From positions 248,001-312,000 of the IMG/VR virus record IMGVR_UViG_3300027759_000045: a stretch of DNA of 64,000 nt, one strand, 5' to 3'. The position numbers and the translations under genes are program-made. The number at the start of each line of letters is the position of its first letter. Within the stretch, counting starts at the first letter, position 1. Under the pieces are notes generated by a model. It searched no databases, was not told the origin of the DNA, and was given only the letters and a program-made list of their open reading frames with translations. Positions 38,756 through 46,948 of this stretch are shown piece after piece.

Positions 38756-39166
38756 ATGGCTTATATTACACAAGTAAACGGCAACTTCGAACCAGTTGTT
38801 AATCAAGACTCAGGCACAGTTGCCGCATCACCTGGCGCAGGCTGGAACAGTGGTGCTAACACAGTGACCAGTGGCACAACAGTTAACGTTGCAGGCCCTA
38901 AGTTAGACTTCGGTACAGTTACTTTCACTGGTAACGCTACTGTAAGTGGTACTTCATTGGGACAAGCATTCTTGACAATTCAGACACAATGCACAATTGC
39001 TATGTACGAATTCACAACCAACAGTAGTAACACTGCTACATTGGCTCTGGCTACATACCCAACTGGTGCATGGAACTATGCTAACGGTCAAGATCTAGAC
39101 GTGGCATTGACTGCCGCTCTAGGCTATGCTGTTACCACAGCTGCCACAGCAACATTCACAAACTGA
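38756..39166 (+). CDS. Thr/Ala-rich small virion protein (possible decoration protein)
   Basis: Strong AAGGAG RBS, late promoter, own terminator. Confidence 0.55.
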   Translation: MAYITQVNGNFEPVVNQDSGTVAASPGAGWNSGANTVTSGTTVNVAGPKLDFGTVTFTGNATVSGTSLGQAFLTIQTQCTIAMYEFTTNSSNTATLALATYPTGAWNYANGQDLDVALTAALGYAVTTAATATFTN

Positions 39167-39186
39167 TCTAAACAGTTTTTGAAACA

Positions 39187-39219
39187 AAAACCCTGGAATA
39201 AAACCCAGGGTTTTCTTTT
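39187..39219 (+). terminator. Rho-independent terminator
   Basis: AAAACCCTGG-loop-CCAGGGTTTT followed by CTTTT. Confidence 0.8.
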
Positions 39220-39237
39220 GACGTTAAATACTTCATC

Positions 39238-39492
39238 ATGATGGTGAGCAAAATAACTGAAGTAACAATATTTGAAAGCCCCGATGGTGGCCGCACAGTG
39301 TATGCTCGCCAACCTGGCAGTAGCGCAAGATCCTTGCACTATCAAGACCCCAAACTAAAACAAGAACTAGAAGATCTTGAAAACAAACGTCGTTGGGCAG
39401 AAATATTTGAATCACGTCACAACAGTGTAGCACTCAACGAACTATGCAACAAAGTTGAAGTGTTATACGAACTAATTAAAAAGACGCCATGA
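39238..39492 (+). CDS. Hypothetical protein
   Basis: IFESPDGGRTVYAR motif; TAAATA upstream. Confidence 0.65.
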   Translation: MMVSKITEVTIFESPDGGRTVYARQPGSSARSLHYQDPKLKQELEDLENKRRWAEIFESRHNSVALNELCNKVEVLYELIKKTP

Positions 39493-39938
39493 GATTTGTA
39501 GTACAAACATTCTTTGACATCACTGCCACCGGCGTCACAGGACATTATAAACCTGCCCGGGTGCCGTTCCGAGATCACGCAGGCAATGTAATAACCGACG
39601 AGTTAGACTGGGGTCGTGCTAGAAATCAACAAAGAAACTGGGAAACACTCACACAAATACTGGGACTACGTACACAGTTGTTCCGCATACAAGAACCCAT
39701 GGTGGATGCATCAAATCGTGCATGGATGTTTGAATTTGAAACAGAAACTGACAACATCTACGGCACAGATGATGATTTAACCTTGGTACTACGTGCAGAT
39801 GCCGAAGGTGTGCCCATGCTGTTAGGACTGGACAATAGACCAGAAATGTCCACTGTGCTGATTACACATGGCCCCCAACAGAACATATGGTTCGCTCCGA
39901 TCGCCATAAATAATGCATTGGAGACCCAACATGGTTGA
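39489..39938 (+). CDS. Hypothetical protein
   Basis: 149 aa, ATGA overlap, RNQQRNWETL. Confidence 0.65.
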   Translation: MRFVVQTFFDITATGVTGHYKPARVPFRDHAGNVITDELDWGRARNQQRNWETLTQILGLRTQLFRIQEPMVDASNRAWMFEFETETDNIYGTDDDLTLVLRADAEGVPMLLGLDNRPEMSTVLITHGPQQNIWFAPIAINNALETQHG

Positions 39939-40194
39939 TACCACTGCTATTGAGAAAAAAAGTCTAGAAGCACACGTAGAACTGTGTGCAGAACGTTATA
40001 GTCAATTGGAACTGCGGTTAGATAACGTAGACTCTAAAATTGCCAGCCTGGAACAGATGGTTGCACAGATACGTGATATGGTCAGAGACATGGCTGCCAA
40101 ACGCAACGACCAATTGATTTCATGGGGTCTAGGTGCAATGGGCTCAATGGCCGCGGTCATTGGATGGCTGCTTGTGACTTATGTTTTTAAATGA
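39931..40194 (+). CDS. Coiled-coil protein with C-terminal transmembrane helix (XhlA/holin-like topology)
   Basis: GGAGA RBS; heptad stretch followed by WGLGAMGSMAAVIGWLLVTYVF. Confidence 0.5.
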   Translation: MVDTTAIEKKSLEAHVELCAERYSQLELRLDNVDSKIASLEQMVAQIRDMVRDMAAKRNDQLISWGLGAMGSMAAVIGWLLVTYVFK

Positions 40195-40688
40195 AAATAG
40201 ATAAAGAAATTTCTCGAGAAATCCTTAAAGAATTCCCCACACTAGAACACAACAGTATCTGGAAAAATTCTGATGGCGACTACACAGTATTTGGAAAATA
40301 CAGTATTGTCAAAGAAAGTCAAGGCTACCGAGTACACTGTGCCTTAACTGATGTTGGCGTTTTTCACACTACTAAATCAGCATTGAGTTGGTGCATTGCC
40401 GACAAATTTAAACAATACAATGTGGCCCGCGATTTAATGCAGTTAGACAACAGTTTACATCATTTAACCGTGGATATCGGCACCAGAGCCGCCATTGGTG
40501 ATCGCACCAAAAATGCTGATCAACGTGAAATCATTCTAACCAAGTTAGAAAATAAGATTTTAAAGAAAAAAGAAATAGAAAATAGATTAGCCAAATGTGT
40601 GAATTGGGCTAAATATTATCAACAACGAGGATTCGATAATGAAACTGCAAGAATTGGCCGTACTGCCGCAATCAAAACAAGTCGCTAA
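40191..40688 (+). CDS. Hypothetical protein
   Basis: 165 aa, coupled by overlap. Confidence 0.65.
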   Translation: MKIDKEISREILKEFPTLEHNSIWKNSDGDYTVFGKYSIVKESQGYRVHCALTDVGVFHTTKSALSWCIADKFKQYNVARDLMQLDNSLHHLTVDIGTRAAIGDRTKNADQREIILTKLENKILKKKEIENRLAKCVNWAKYYQQRGFDNETARIGRTAAIKTSR

Positions 40689-41529
40689 AGTATTCGAAAG
40701 TTACTTTGGTAAAAGCATTACCTTTGAATCAATTTCAAAGCGTCAAGCACATGCCATGTTAGGCCGTGTGCGTGGCTTACTGGGCGAACATCGCCGTACA
40801 CCTGCATTCCATAAGAGCGAACAAGATTCAGCATACTTGAAATTAGTAATGCTAGAGCAGGTGTTGGCTAAAAAAATCAAAGAAGAGATTCCAGCGAACA
40901 CAACAATGGGAATGCCAGATCCTAACAAAACAAAACAAGCTCTCAGTAAGATCACTGATCCTAAACTCAAGTCAGCAATGACCAAGAGTGCTGCCGGTCA
41001 AACGCTGTCACCAGACGAACAAAAGATGGTACAAGGTGCCGCATTATCTGCCGCCATGGCCGCTGAAAGTCGTCGTAAAACAGGCCGTCGATTAGCCGAG
41101 AGCGAAGTACAACAAGCACAGGTTATCTTGGCCAGTCAAGACATGGTTGATCAAGTTCAGCGCATGATTGAACAAGTTACTTCTATTCAGTTCAAAGATT
41201 TGCCAGCCTTGGTTGATCAAATCCGTAACGAAATTGGCTATGACCAAGCTACCAAATTCAATGCAGATGCCACAGCCGCACTGGGCGGAATGGTACAGAA
41301 CCTACAGCAATCTAAGATTCAATTAGAAACTGCCATGGGCACAGTGACCGGACAAGCACCTGTGGTTCCGGGCGAAGTGGCTCCTGATGTTGGTGCAGAA
41401 ATGCCTCCAATGGACGCTGGTGCAGAAATGCCTGCTGAACCCGGTGATGAACTAGATGCACTGGCTGCCGATGCAGAAGCAGACCTCGAAGAGCCTGTTA
41501 AAACTGGACTAGGTCGCGAGCGTAGATAA
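40639..41529 (+). CDS. Putative head scaffold/internal protein
   Basis: MKLQEL start, RRLAESEV, acidic Pro-rich tail, ends LGRERR. Confidence 0.5.
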   Translation: MKLQELAVLPQSKQVAKVFESYFGKSITFESISKRQAHAMLGRVRGLLGEHRRTPAFHKSEQDSAYLKLVMLEQVLAKKIKEEIPANTTMGMPDPNKTKQALSKITDPKLKSAMTKSAAGQTLSPDEQKMVQGAALSAAMAAESRRKTGRRLAESEVQQAQVILASQDMVDQVQRMIEQVTSIQFKDLPALVDQIRNEIGYDQATKFNADATAALGGMVQNLQQSKIQLETAMGTVTGQAPVVPGEVAPDVGAEMPPMDAGAEMPAEPGDELDALAADAEADLEEPVKTGLGRERR

Positions 41530-41870
41530 TGCGCCTACGAGAGTTTGACGAGTCTGCCAACAGCGCCCTTAAACTAGCGGCGCTGAGTCAGTTTCTCAGC
41601 GACAGAGCTGAAGACGAAGCAGCCTCAAAACAAATTAGTCAAGCAGCCTTTGTTGACTTGGCACAGTCAATGGGTGTTAACGTAACTGAACAGAACCTAG
41701 GTGACATGATCAGCCGTGAACCATTGAGCAACTTGCTTGAACCACTTGAGCCAAATTCGGGTGTGGTTAGATTCAAAGGCAACACCGAAGCCACAACAGG
41801 CATGAGTGTTGATCAAGCACGTGAAGTTGTTGACAGCAATGCCAAAGCAGCCTTGAAGCGTCGCCAATAA
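41529..41870 (+). CDS. Hypothetical head-associated protein
   Basis: MRLREF start; 113 aa. Confidence 0.5.
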   Translation: MRLREFDESANSALKLAALSQFLSDRAEDEAASKQISQAAFVDLAQSMGVNVTEQNLGDMISREPLSNLLEPLEPNSGVVRFKGNTEATTGMSVDQAREVVDSNAKAALKRRQ

Positions 41871-41907
41871 AACACTCTCGCCAGACACTGGCATTAAATA
41901 TCGCTAC

Positions 41908-42801
41908 ATGACACAAAAAATCTTGATTGACAAGTTAGAATTCTACATCACCAACGTGTGTAACTTAACTTGCAACGGCTGTAATCGCTACAACAATTAT
42001 AAATTCAGCGGATGGCAAAGTTGGGCAGAAGCCGAACCTGTTCTCACTCGCTGGGCAGAAAAAATAGACATACGACATCCTGTAATCCTTGGTGGCGAGC
42101 CACTGCTTAATCCTGACATTGTTAAATGGATTAACGGTATTAGGCAATTGTGGCCCAAGCATTCGGGAGTTCAAGTGCAAAGCAACGGAACACGCATCGA
42201 CTGCGTTAAAGGGTTAGATGAGGCTCTTAATCCTAAAGAGGGAAACTGGTTGGGCATTAGTATACACAATCCCAATGACCGAGAAGAAATATTTGCTCGT
42301 GTACGAAACTTCTTAGGACCTACTGTAATAGAAACACAACGCAAAGATGATCCAATTGGTAGCAATTATCAATTTATTAATGATAAAAAATTAACAATCC
42401 ACGCCTGGATGAGCAACAAGTTTGTTCAAAGCAATATTATTGAACTTCCAGACAACAAGTACACACTGTATCAGAGTGATCCTACACGGGCACACGAAAA
42501 CTGTACCTTCCGTAGATTTAAAAACTATCACATGATCAATGGGAAAATCTACAAGTGCGGTCCAGCCGCTCTAATGCCCGAATTTGATGATCAATACCAT
42601 TTTGAAATAAGCGATGAGGATCGTGCTATGCTACACAGCTATCGACCGTTGACCATTGATGAGTTTGATCTACGTGGCAAAGAGTTTATTGACACGATTG
42701 ATAACCAAATTGATCAATGCAAGTTTTGCCCAGAATCATACGAATACAAACCCATCACATTCAGTGATCGTAAAAAACCCTGGATAAAAGAACCAAAATG
42801 A
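41908..42801 (+). CDS. Radical SAM protein with C-terminal twitch-like Cys cluster
   Basis: ITNVCNLTCNGC, GGEPLL, SNGT; C-terminal NC..GKIYKC..CKFC. Confidence 0.88.
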   Translation: MTQKILIDKLEFYITNVCNLTCNGCNRYNNYKFSGWQSWAEAEPVLTRWAEKIDIRHPVILGGEPLLNPDIVKWINGIRQLWPKHSGVQVQSNGTRIDCVKGLDEALNPKEGNWLGISIHNPNDREEIFARVRNFLGPTVIETQRKDDPIGSNYQFINDKKLTIHAWMSNKFVQSNIIELPDNKYTLYQSDPTRAHENCTFRRFKNYHMINGKIYKCGPAALMPEFDDQYHFEISDEDRAMLHSYRPLTIDEFDLRGKEFIDTIDNQIDQCKFCPESYEYKPITFSDRKKPWIKEPK

Positions 42802-42858
42802 TAGTAAATACATGCAGAATGTAGTATAATACATTTAATGTATGCAAAGGATACAAAG

Positions 42859-43155
42859 ATGAAAAAAATTCTTTTAGTCGTATTAATGACAATCGCAACA
42901 GCCGCATTTGCACAACACGGACACTTTAACCGTCACTACCATGGCGGGCATTGGCAACGTGGGCACAGCGGCAATTGGGTTTGGATGGTCCCTGCAATCA
43001 TTGGAGGTGCAATTGTATACGAAGCATCACGACAGGCACCACCGCAACCTGTAATTATTCAACAGCAACAGTCTGTTGACACAAATTGTAGCCCTTGGAC
43101 AGAAATACAAAATCCAGACGGCACAATAACCAGAACAAGAACTTGTACAAAGTAA
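42859..43155 (+). CDS. Secreted His/Gly-rich small protein
   Basis: Signal MKKILLVVLMTIATAAFA; hydrophobic segment; CSPW..RTC. Confidence 0.6.
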   Translation: MKKILLVVLMTIATAAFAQHGHFNRHYHGGHWQRGHSGNWVWMVPAIIGGAIVYEASRQAPPQPVIIQQQQSVDTNCSPWTEIQNPDGTITRTRTCTK

Positions 43156-43195
43156 TTGTAAATCAGTAAATTAAAACAGAAAGTAGTAGCAGTAT

Positions 43196-43399
43196 ATGGC
43201 ATTAGGTAAAGTAAAGTGGTTTAATGAAACCAAAGGTTTTGGGTTTATTACTCCAGACGAAGGTGGCGAAGAATTGTTTGCACACTATTCAGCAATTCAA
43301 ACGCAAGGCTTCAAAGTCCTCAAAGAAAATCAACGTGTGACATACGATGTGGTTCAAGGACAAAAGGGCCTGCAGGCATCTAACATTAAACCAGAGTAA
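43196..43399 (+). CDS. cspA: Cold-shock domain protein
   Basis: [23 protein letters not shown]. Confidence 0.95.
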   Translation: MALGKVKWFNETKGFGFITPDEGGEELFAHYSAIQTQGFKVLKENQRVTYDVVQGQKGLQASNIKPE

Positions 43400-43405
43400 A
43401 CACAC

Positions 43406-43798
43406 ATGTCTTACAGCAAAAAGGTGGTCGATCACTATGAAAATCCCAGGAATGTCGGATCTTTTGACAAGACTGATACTGATATTGGTACTGGTATGGT
43501 TGGCGCACCTGCTTGCGGGGATGTCATGAAATTACAAATAAAGGTTGATAATGATACAGGTATTATTACAGATGCAAAATTTAAAACGTATGGCTGCGGA
43601 TCGGCTATTGCGAGCTCGAGCCTTATTACAGAGTGGGTCAAAGGCATGCACATCGACCAAGCAGGAGCAATCAAAAACTCCGACATCGCTGAAGAATTGG
43701 CCTTACCCCCCGTGAAGATACATTGTAGCATTCTAGCCGAAGACGCAATCAAAGCGGCTGTGGACGACTATCGTAAGAAGCATGATCTCGTTAACTGA
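43406..43798 (+). CDS. iscU: Fe-S cluster scaffold IscU
   Basis: YENPRNVG, GAPACGD, GCGSAIAS, LPPVKIHCS. Confidence 0.96.
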   Translation: MSYSKKVVDHYENPRNVGSFDKTDTDIGTGMVGAPACGDVMKLQIKVDNDTGIITDAKFKTYGCGSAIASSSLITEWVKGMHIDQAGAIKNSDIAEELALPPVKIHCSILAEDAIKAAVDDYRKKHDLVN

Positions 43799-44102
43799 TG
43801 CTGCCGCTCGAAAAATACAACAAACAATAACTCGGCGTGGGCACGGTGAAGGAATAAGATTAGGTGTTAGAACCACTGGGTGTTCTGGACTTGCTTATGT
43901 GTTAGAATATGTGGATACACCGCAAGCAACAGATCAATGTTTTGACTGTACTGGTTGCCGAGTGTTTGTTGATCCCAAGTCTGGTGCTTACTTACAAGGT
44001 GTAACAGTTGACTATGTTCGCCAAGGGCTCAATGAAGGTTTTGAATTTCGCAATCCAAATGAACGTGATCGGTGTGGATGTGGAGAAAGTTTCCGTATTT
44101 AA
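43782..44102 (+). CDS. iscA: A-type Fe-S carrier IscA
   Basis: GCSGLAY, FRNPN, CGCGESF. Confidence 0.95.
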   Translation: MISLTDAAARKIQQTITRRGHGEGIRLGVRTTGCSGLAYVLEYVDTPQATDQCFDCTGCRVFVDPKSGAYLQGVTVDYVRQGLNEGFEFRNPNERDRCGCGESFRI

Positions 44103-44121
44103 AAGCCTCTAGACTAATAGT

Positions 44122-44940
44122 ATGAATTATTATTTTGAACCTGCTCCTTATCTTTCGTTAAATTTAAATCTAAAAACAGAATTGTCTAATTTAGATAGAA
44201 GCAAGTTAACAATTGCAGATGCAGCATTATATGACATGGATCCTGTGAGATTAAGTAACATAGTAGAAAACATTTATTCTGATGAAAAACAATGTTTTTT
44301 TGATTTTTACGGTGATAACTTTACTAATCTAGCATCATGCACCACCTGGTATCTGCCAGAGAAATTGGAAAAATTGTTACTCAGTGAGTATGAGTATTTT
44401 TTTAATTTAATCAACGAAGCTCCTGAAATACGATTACAAGCAATGACTGGTGTTCAATTGCCTGTGCATGTTGATCGTCATAGAACTGTAAGTATCATAC
44501 TTCCATTGAAGAATCATTCAAATACATGGACAAAATTTTATGATCACGACATTGATATTCTCCACTGGAACAACCACTATTCAAACAGCAAGGATCAGTC
44601 TTGGCCCGAATGCAAAACACTCTGGGATTTTAACTTTCTTCCCGAGTTCGTAAAACAAGAATTGCTTGAAAATGCACACACTCATACACTGTTAACTGAA
44701 GGTATTCGTCGTCAACGAATACCACCCTTAGTTAATCCAACCCAGACAACTGAAGTTTGCGAAGTTGAAATTGATAAATTTCCTTATATACTCAATGTTG
44801 ATAAATGCCACAGTGTTTACTGTCCTGACGCACCCACTGATGAGAATCCCCGCTTGGCAGTATTTTTCAAGTGGCGAGAAATTAAATTTACTCAAGTATT
44901 AGATGCTTATAATCAATTTGTCAAATTTAAAATTAATTAA
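44122..44940 (+). CDS. 2OG-Fe(II) oxygenase-like protein with inserted KDxSWP module
   Basis: PVHVD (HxD), distal KCHSV, PRLAVF. Confidence 0.5.
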   Translation: MNYYFEPAPYLSLNLNLKTELSNLDRSKLTIADAALYDMDPVRLSNIVENIYSDEKQCFFDFYGDNFTNLASCTTWYLPEKLEKLLLSEYEYFFNLINEAPEIRLQAMTGVQLPVHVDRHRTVSIILPLKNHSNTWTKFYDHDIDILHWNNHYSNSKDQSWPECKTLWDFNFLPEFVKQELLENAHTHTLLTEGIRRQRIPPLVNPTQTTEVCEVEIDKFPYILNVDKCHSVYCPDAPTDENPRLAVFFKWREIKFTQVLDAYNQFVKFKIN

Positions 44941-44946
44941 AATTCA

Positions 44947-46230
44947 ATGATTACCCAAACAATTGAATGGATTAAAAATAATCCTACATTTTGCACAGCA
45001 CCATATTCTGCCTACGATTTTAGATTCAACGTTGGCAAATTTAAAGTTACTACGTGCTGTAATTTAGACGTGTCCAAGACCAACCAAGCACTGGATTTTA
45101 ATTTTATAGAAAACGTCAAACAAGACATGTCACAAGGACTAGTGCCCAAGGCTTGTTGGCGTTGTGCGTCCGAAGAACAAAACCAAGCACAGTCTGAACG
45201 TGTAAAGTACATGCTAGGACACACCGTTGCTGAATTAGAACAGTTTAAGGAAAATAAAAAAACAAACGAATTTCAAGTTGGTATGAAGTTTAGCAATCTT
45301 TGCAACTTAGCTTGTCGTAGTTGTAACGAAACTGACAGTAGTTTATGGGCCAAATTAATGAATACGCCTGCGCCTCCTGAATATGAAATTGACACGTCAA
45401 CAGACCAGTTTCTTTGGGATCAAATGACCAATATGATTCGTTCTAAACATAAAGAAACTGATAATTTCATTGTACATCCAATTGGCGGAGAAACAATGAT
45501 TCAACCAGGATTTTTAAAATTAGTTGATTGGTTGATTGAAGAAAATTTAGCCAACACCACTACACTACGAATTACCACCAGTCTTGTGCCCAGTATATCT
45601 GAAAAGTTTTCTGCAAAATTTGCACAGTTTCGCCGCATAGAATTTCTTTCCAGCATCGACAGCATTGGAGAAAATTATCATTACGTCCGTTGGCCTGCCA
45701 GGTTCAACAAAATAGAAGATAACCTGGAAACATTCAATCTGTTGAGTCGGCAATATCCTGGCAAATTTTCCTTGTCGGTCAGCCCGGTATTTTCATTAAA
45801 TAACATTTTTTATGCAGTGGACTATCTTGATTGGTGGAAACGCTGGGCCGACCAAACACAAACTGATTTATGGATGTCAAACATACACTTGTATAATCCT
45901 GAGCCATTGATGGTGGAAAGTTTATCATTACAATACTACCCGCAACTGATTGAACTGTTAGAGCAATGTGTAAACCACACAGTATTTAAAAAATACACAC
46001 GCACTGCTGTGCTGAAAGAATTCTTTGTTGCCATGCTTGCAACAATTTCTAATAACAAAAACAACAACAACGAGTTGCGTTTTCAAGAGTACCTGAAGTT
46101 CACTGCAGATTATGATAATCGCACAACCACCGATAGCTACACCTTAAATTCTAAACTGTTTGATTTACTGTCAGACTCCCATAAACATATATACAACTCT
46201 CATTTGCAACATGTACAATCCAAAATTTAA
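44947..46230 (+). CDS. Radical SAM protein with N-terminal twitch domain
   Basis: FCTAPY..TTCC, CWRC..E..SER; CNLACRSC..SSLW; GGET; SIDSIG. Confidence 0.88.
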   Translation: MITQTIEWIKNNPTFCTAPYSAYDFRFNVGKFKVTTCCNLDVSKTNQALDFNFIENVKQDMSQGLVPKACWRCASEEQNQAQSERVKYMLGHTVAELEQFKENKKTNEFQVGMKFSNLCNLACRSCNETDSSLWAKLMNTPAPPEYEIDTSTDQFLWDQMTNMIRSKHKETDNFIVHPIGGETMIQPGFLKLVDWLIEENLANTTTLRITTSLVPSISEKFSAKFAQFRRIEFLSSIDSIGENYHYVRWPARFNKIEDNLETFNLLSRQYPGKFSLSVSPVFSLNNIFYAVDYLDWWKRWADQTQTDLWMSNIHLYNPEPLMVESLSLQYYPQLIELLEQCVNHTVFKKYTRTAVLKEFFVAMLATISNNKNNNNELRFQEYLKFTADYDNRTTTDSYTLNSKLFDLLSDSHKHIYNSHLQHVQSKI

Positions 46231-46930
46231 TTACACACCAGTGCCACGTGTAGAAGTAAACGGCAAACGTTTCTATGCAACTCCCGACGGCAACAAGTTA
46301 CCCAGTGTAACAACCATCCTTGACAAAACCAAGCCAGAAGAAAAGAAGTTAATTCTTGAACAGTGGCGACGACGTGTTGGCCACGAAAAGGCACAGCAGA
46401 TCACCACTGAGGCTGCCAACCGTGGCACACGTATGCACACTTACTTAGAACACTATGTAAAAAATGGTGAGCTTAAAGATCGTGGTACTAACCCATTTGG
46501 CTGGGCCAGTCATGCCATGGCACAAGTGGTAATTGACCAAGGAATTACCGACCGTGTGAATGAGTTTTGGGGGTATGAAGTTCCGCTGTATTTTTCCCAG
46601 GTGTATGCAGGCACAACAGATGCTGCCGGTGTACACCTAAACGAAGAAGCTATCCTAGACTATAAACAAACCAACAAGCCTAAAAAGCGTGAATGGATCG
46701 ACGATTACTTTTTACAACTCTGCGCCTATGCAGAAGCACACAATGAACTGCACGGAACTAACATTCGTAAGGGTGTTATTTTAATGTGTGTTAAGCCCAC
46801 CACAGATGACATGGGCAACGTGCTTACTGAACCTGAATACCAGGAATTTGTGTTAGAAGGCGACGAGTTTGAAAAATATCGTGGACTTTGGTGGAAACGT
46901 GTGGAGCAGTATTATATGCTAAATAGTTAA
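46211..46930 (+). CDS. PD-(D/E)xK (RecB/Cas4-like) exonuclease
   Basis: PSVTTIL, RGTRMH, AGTTD, ILDYKQT, LQLCAYA. Confidence 0.88.
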   Translation: MYNPKFNYTPVPRVEVNGKRFYATPDGNKLPSVTTILDKTKPEEKKLILEQWRRRVGHEKAQQITTEAANRGTRMHTYLEHYVKNGELKDRGTNPFGWASHAMAQVVIDQGITDRVNEFWGYEVPLYFSQVYAGTTDAAGVHLNEEAILDYKQTNKPKKREWIDDYFLQLCAYAEAHNELHGTNIRKGVILMCVKPTTDDMGNVLTEPEYQEFVLEGDEFEKYRGLWWKRVEQYYMLNS

Positions 46931-46948
46931 TCACAGAGGACAACTAAA

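Noticed and set aside
46211-46930. Cas4-like nuclease as evidence of CRISPR adaptation
   Set aside because: Ordinary phage PD-(D/E)xK exonuclease without the Cas4 Cys cluster or cas neighbours
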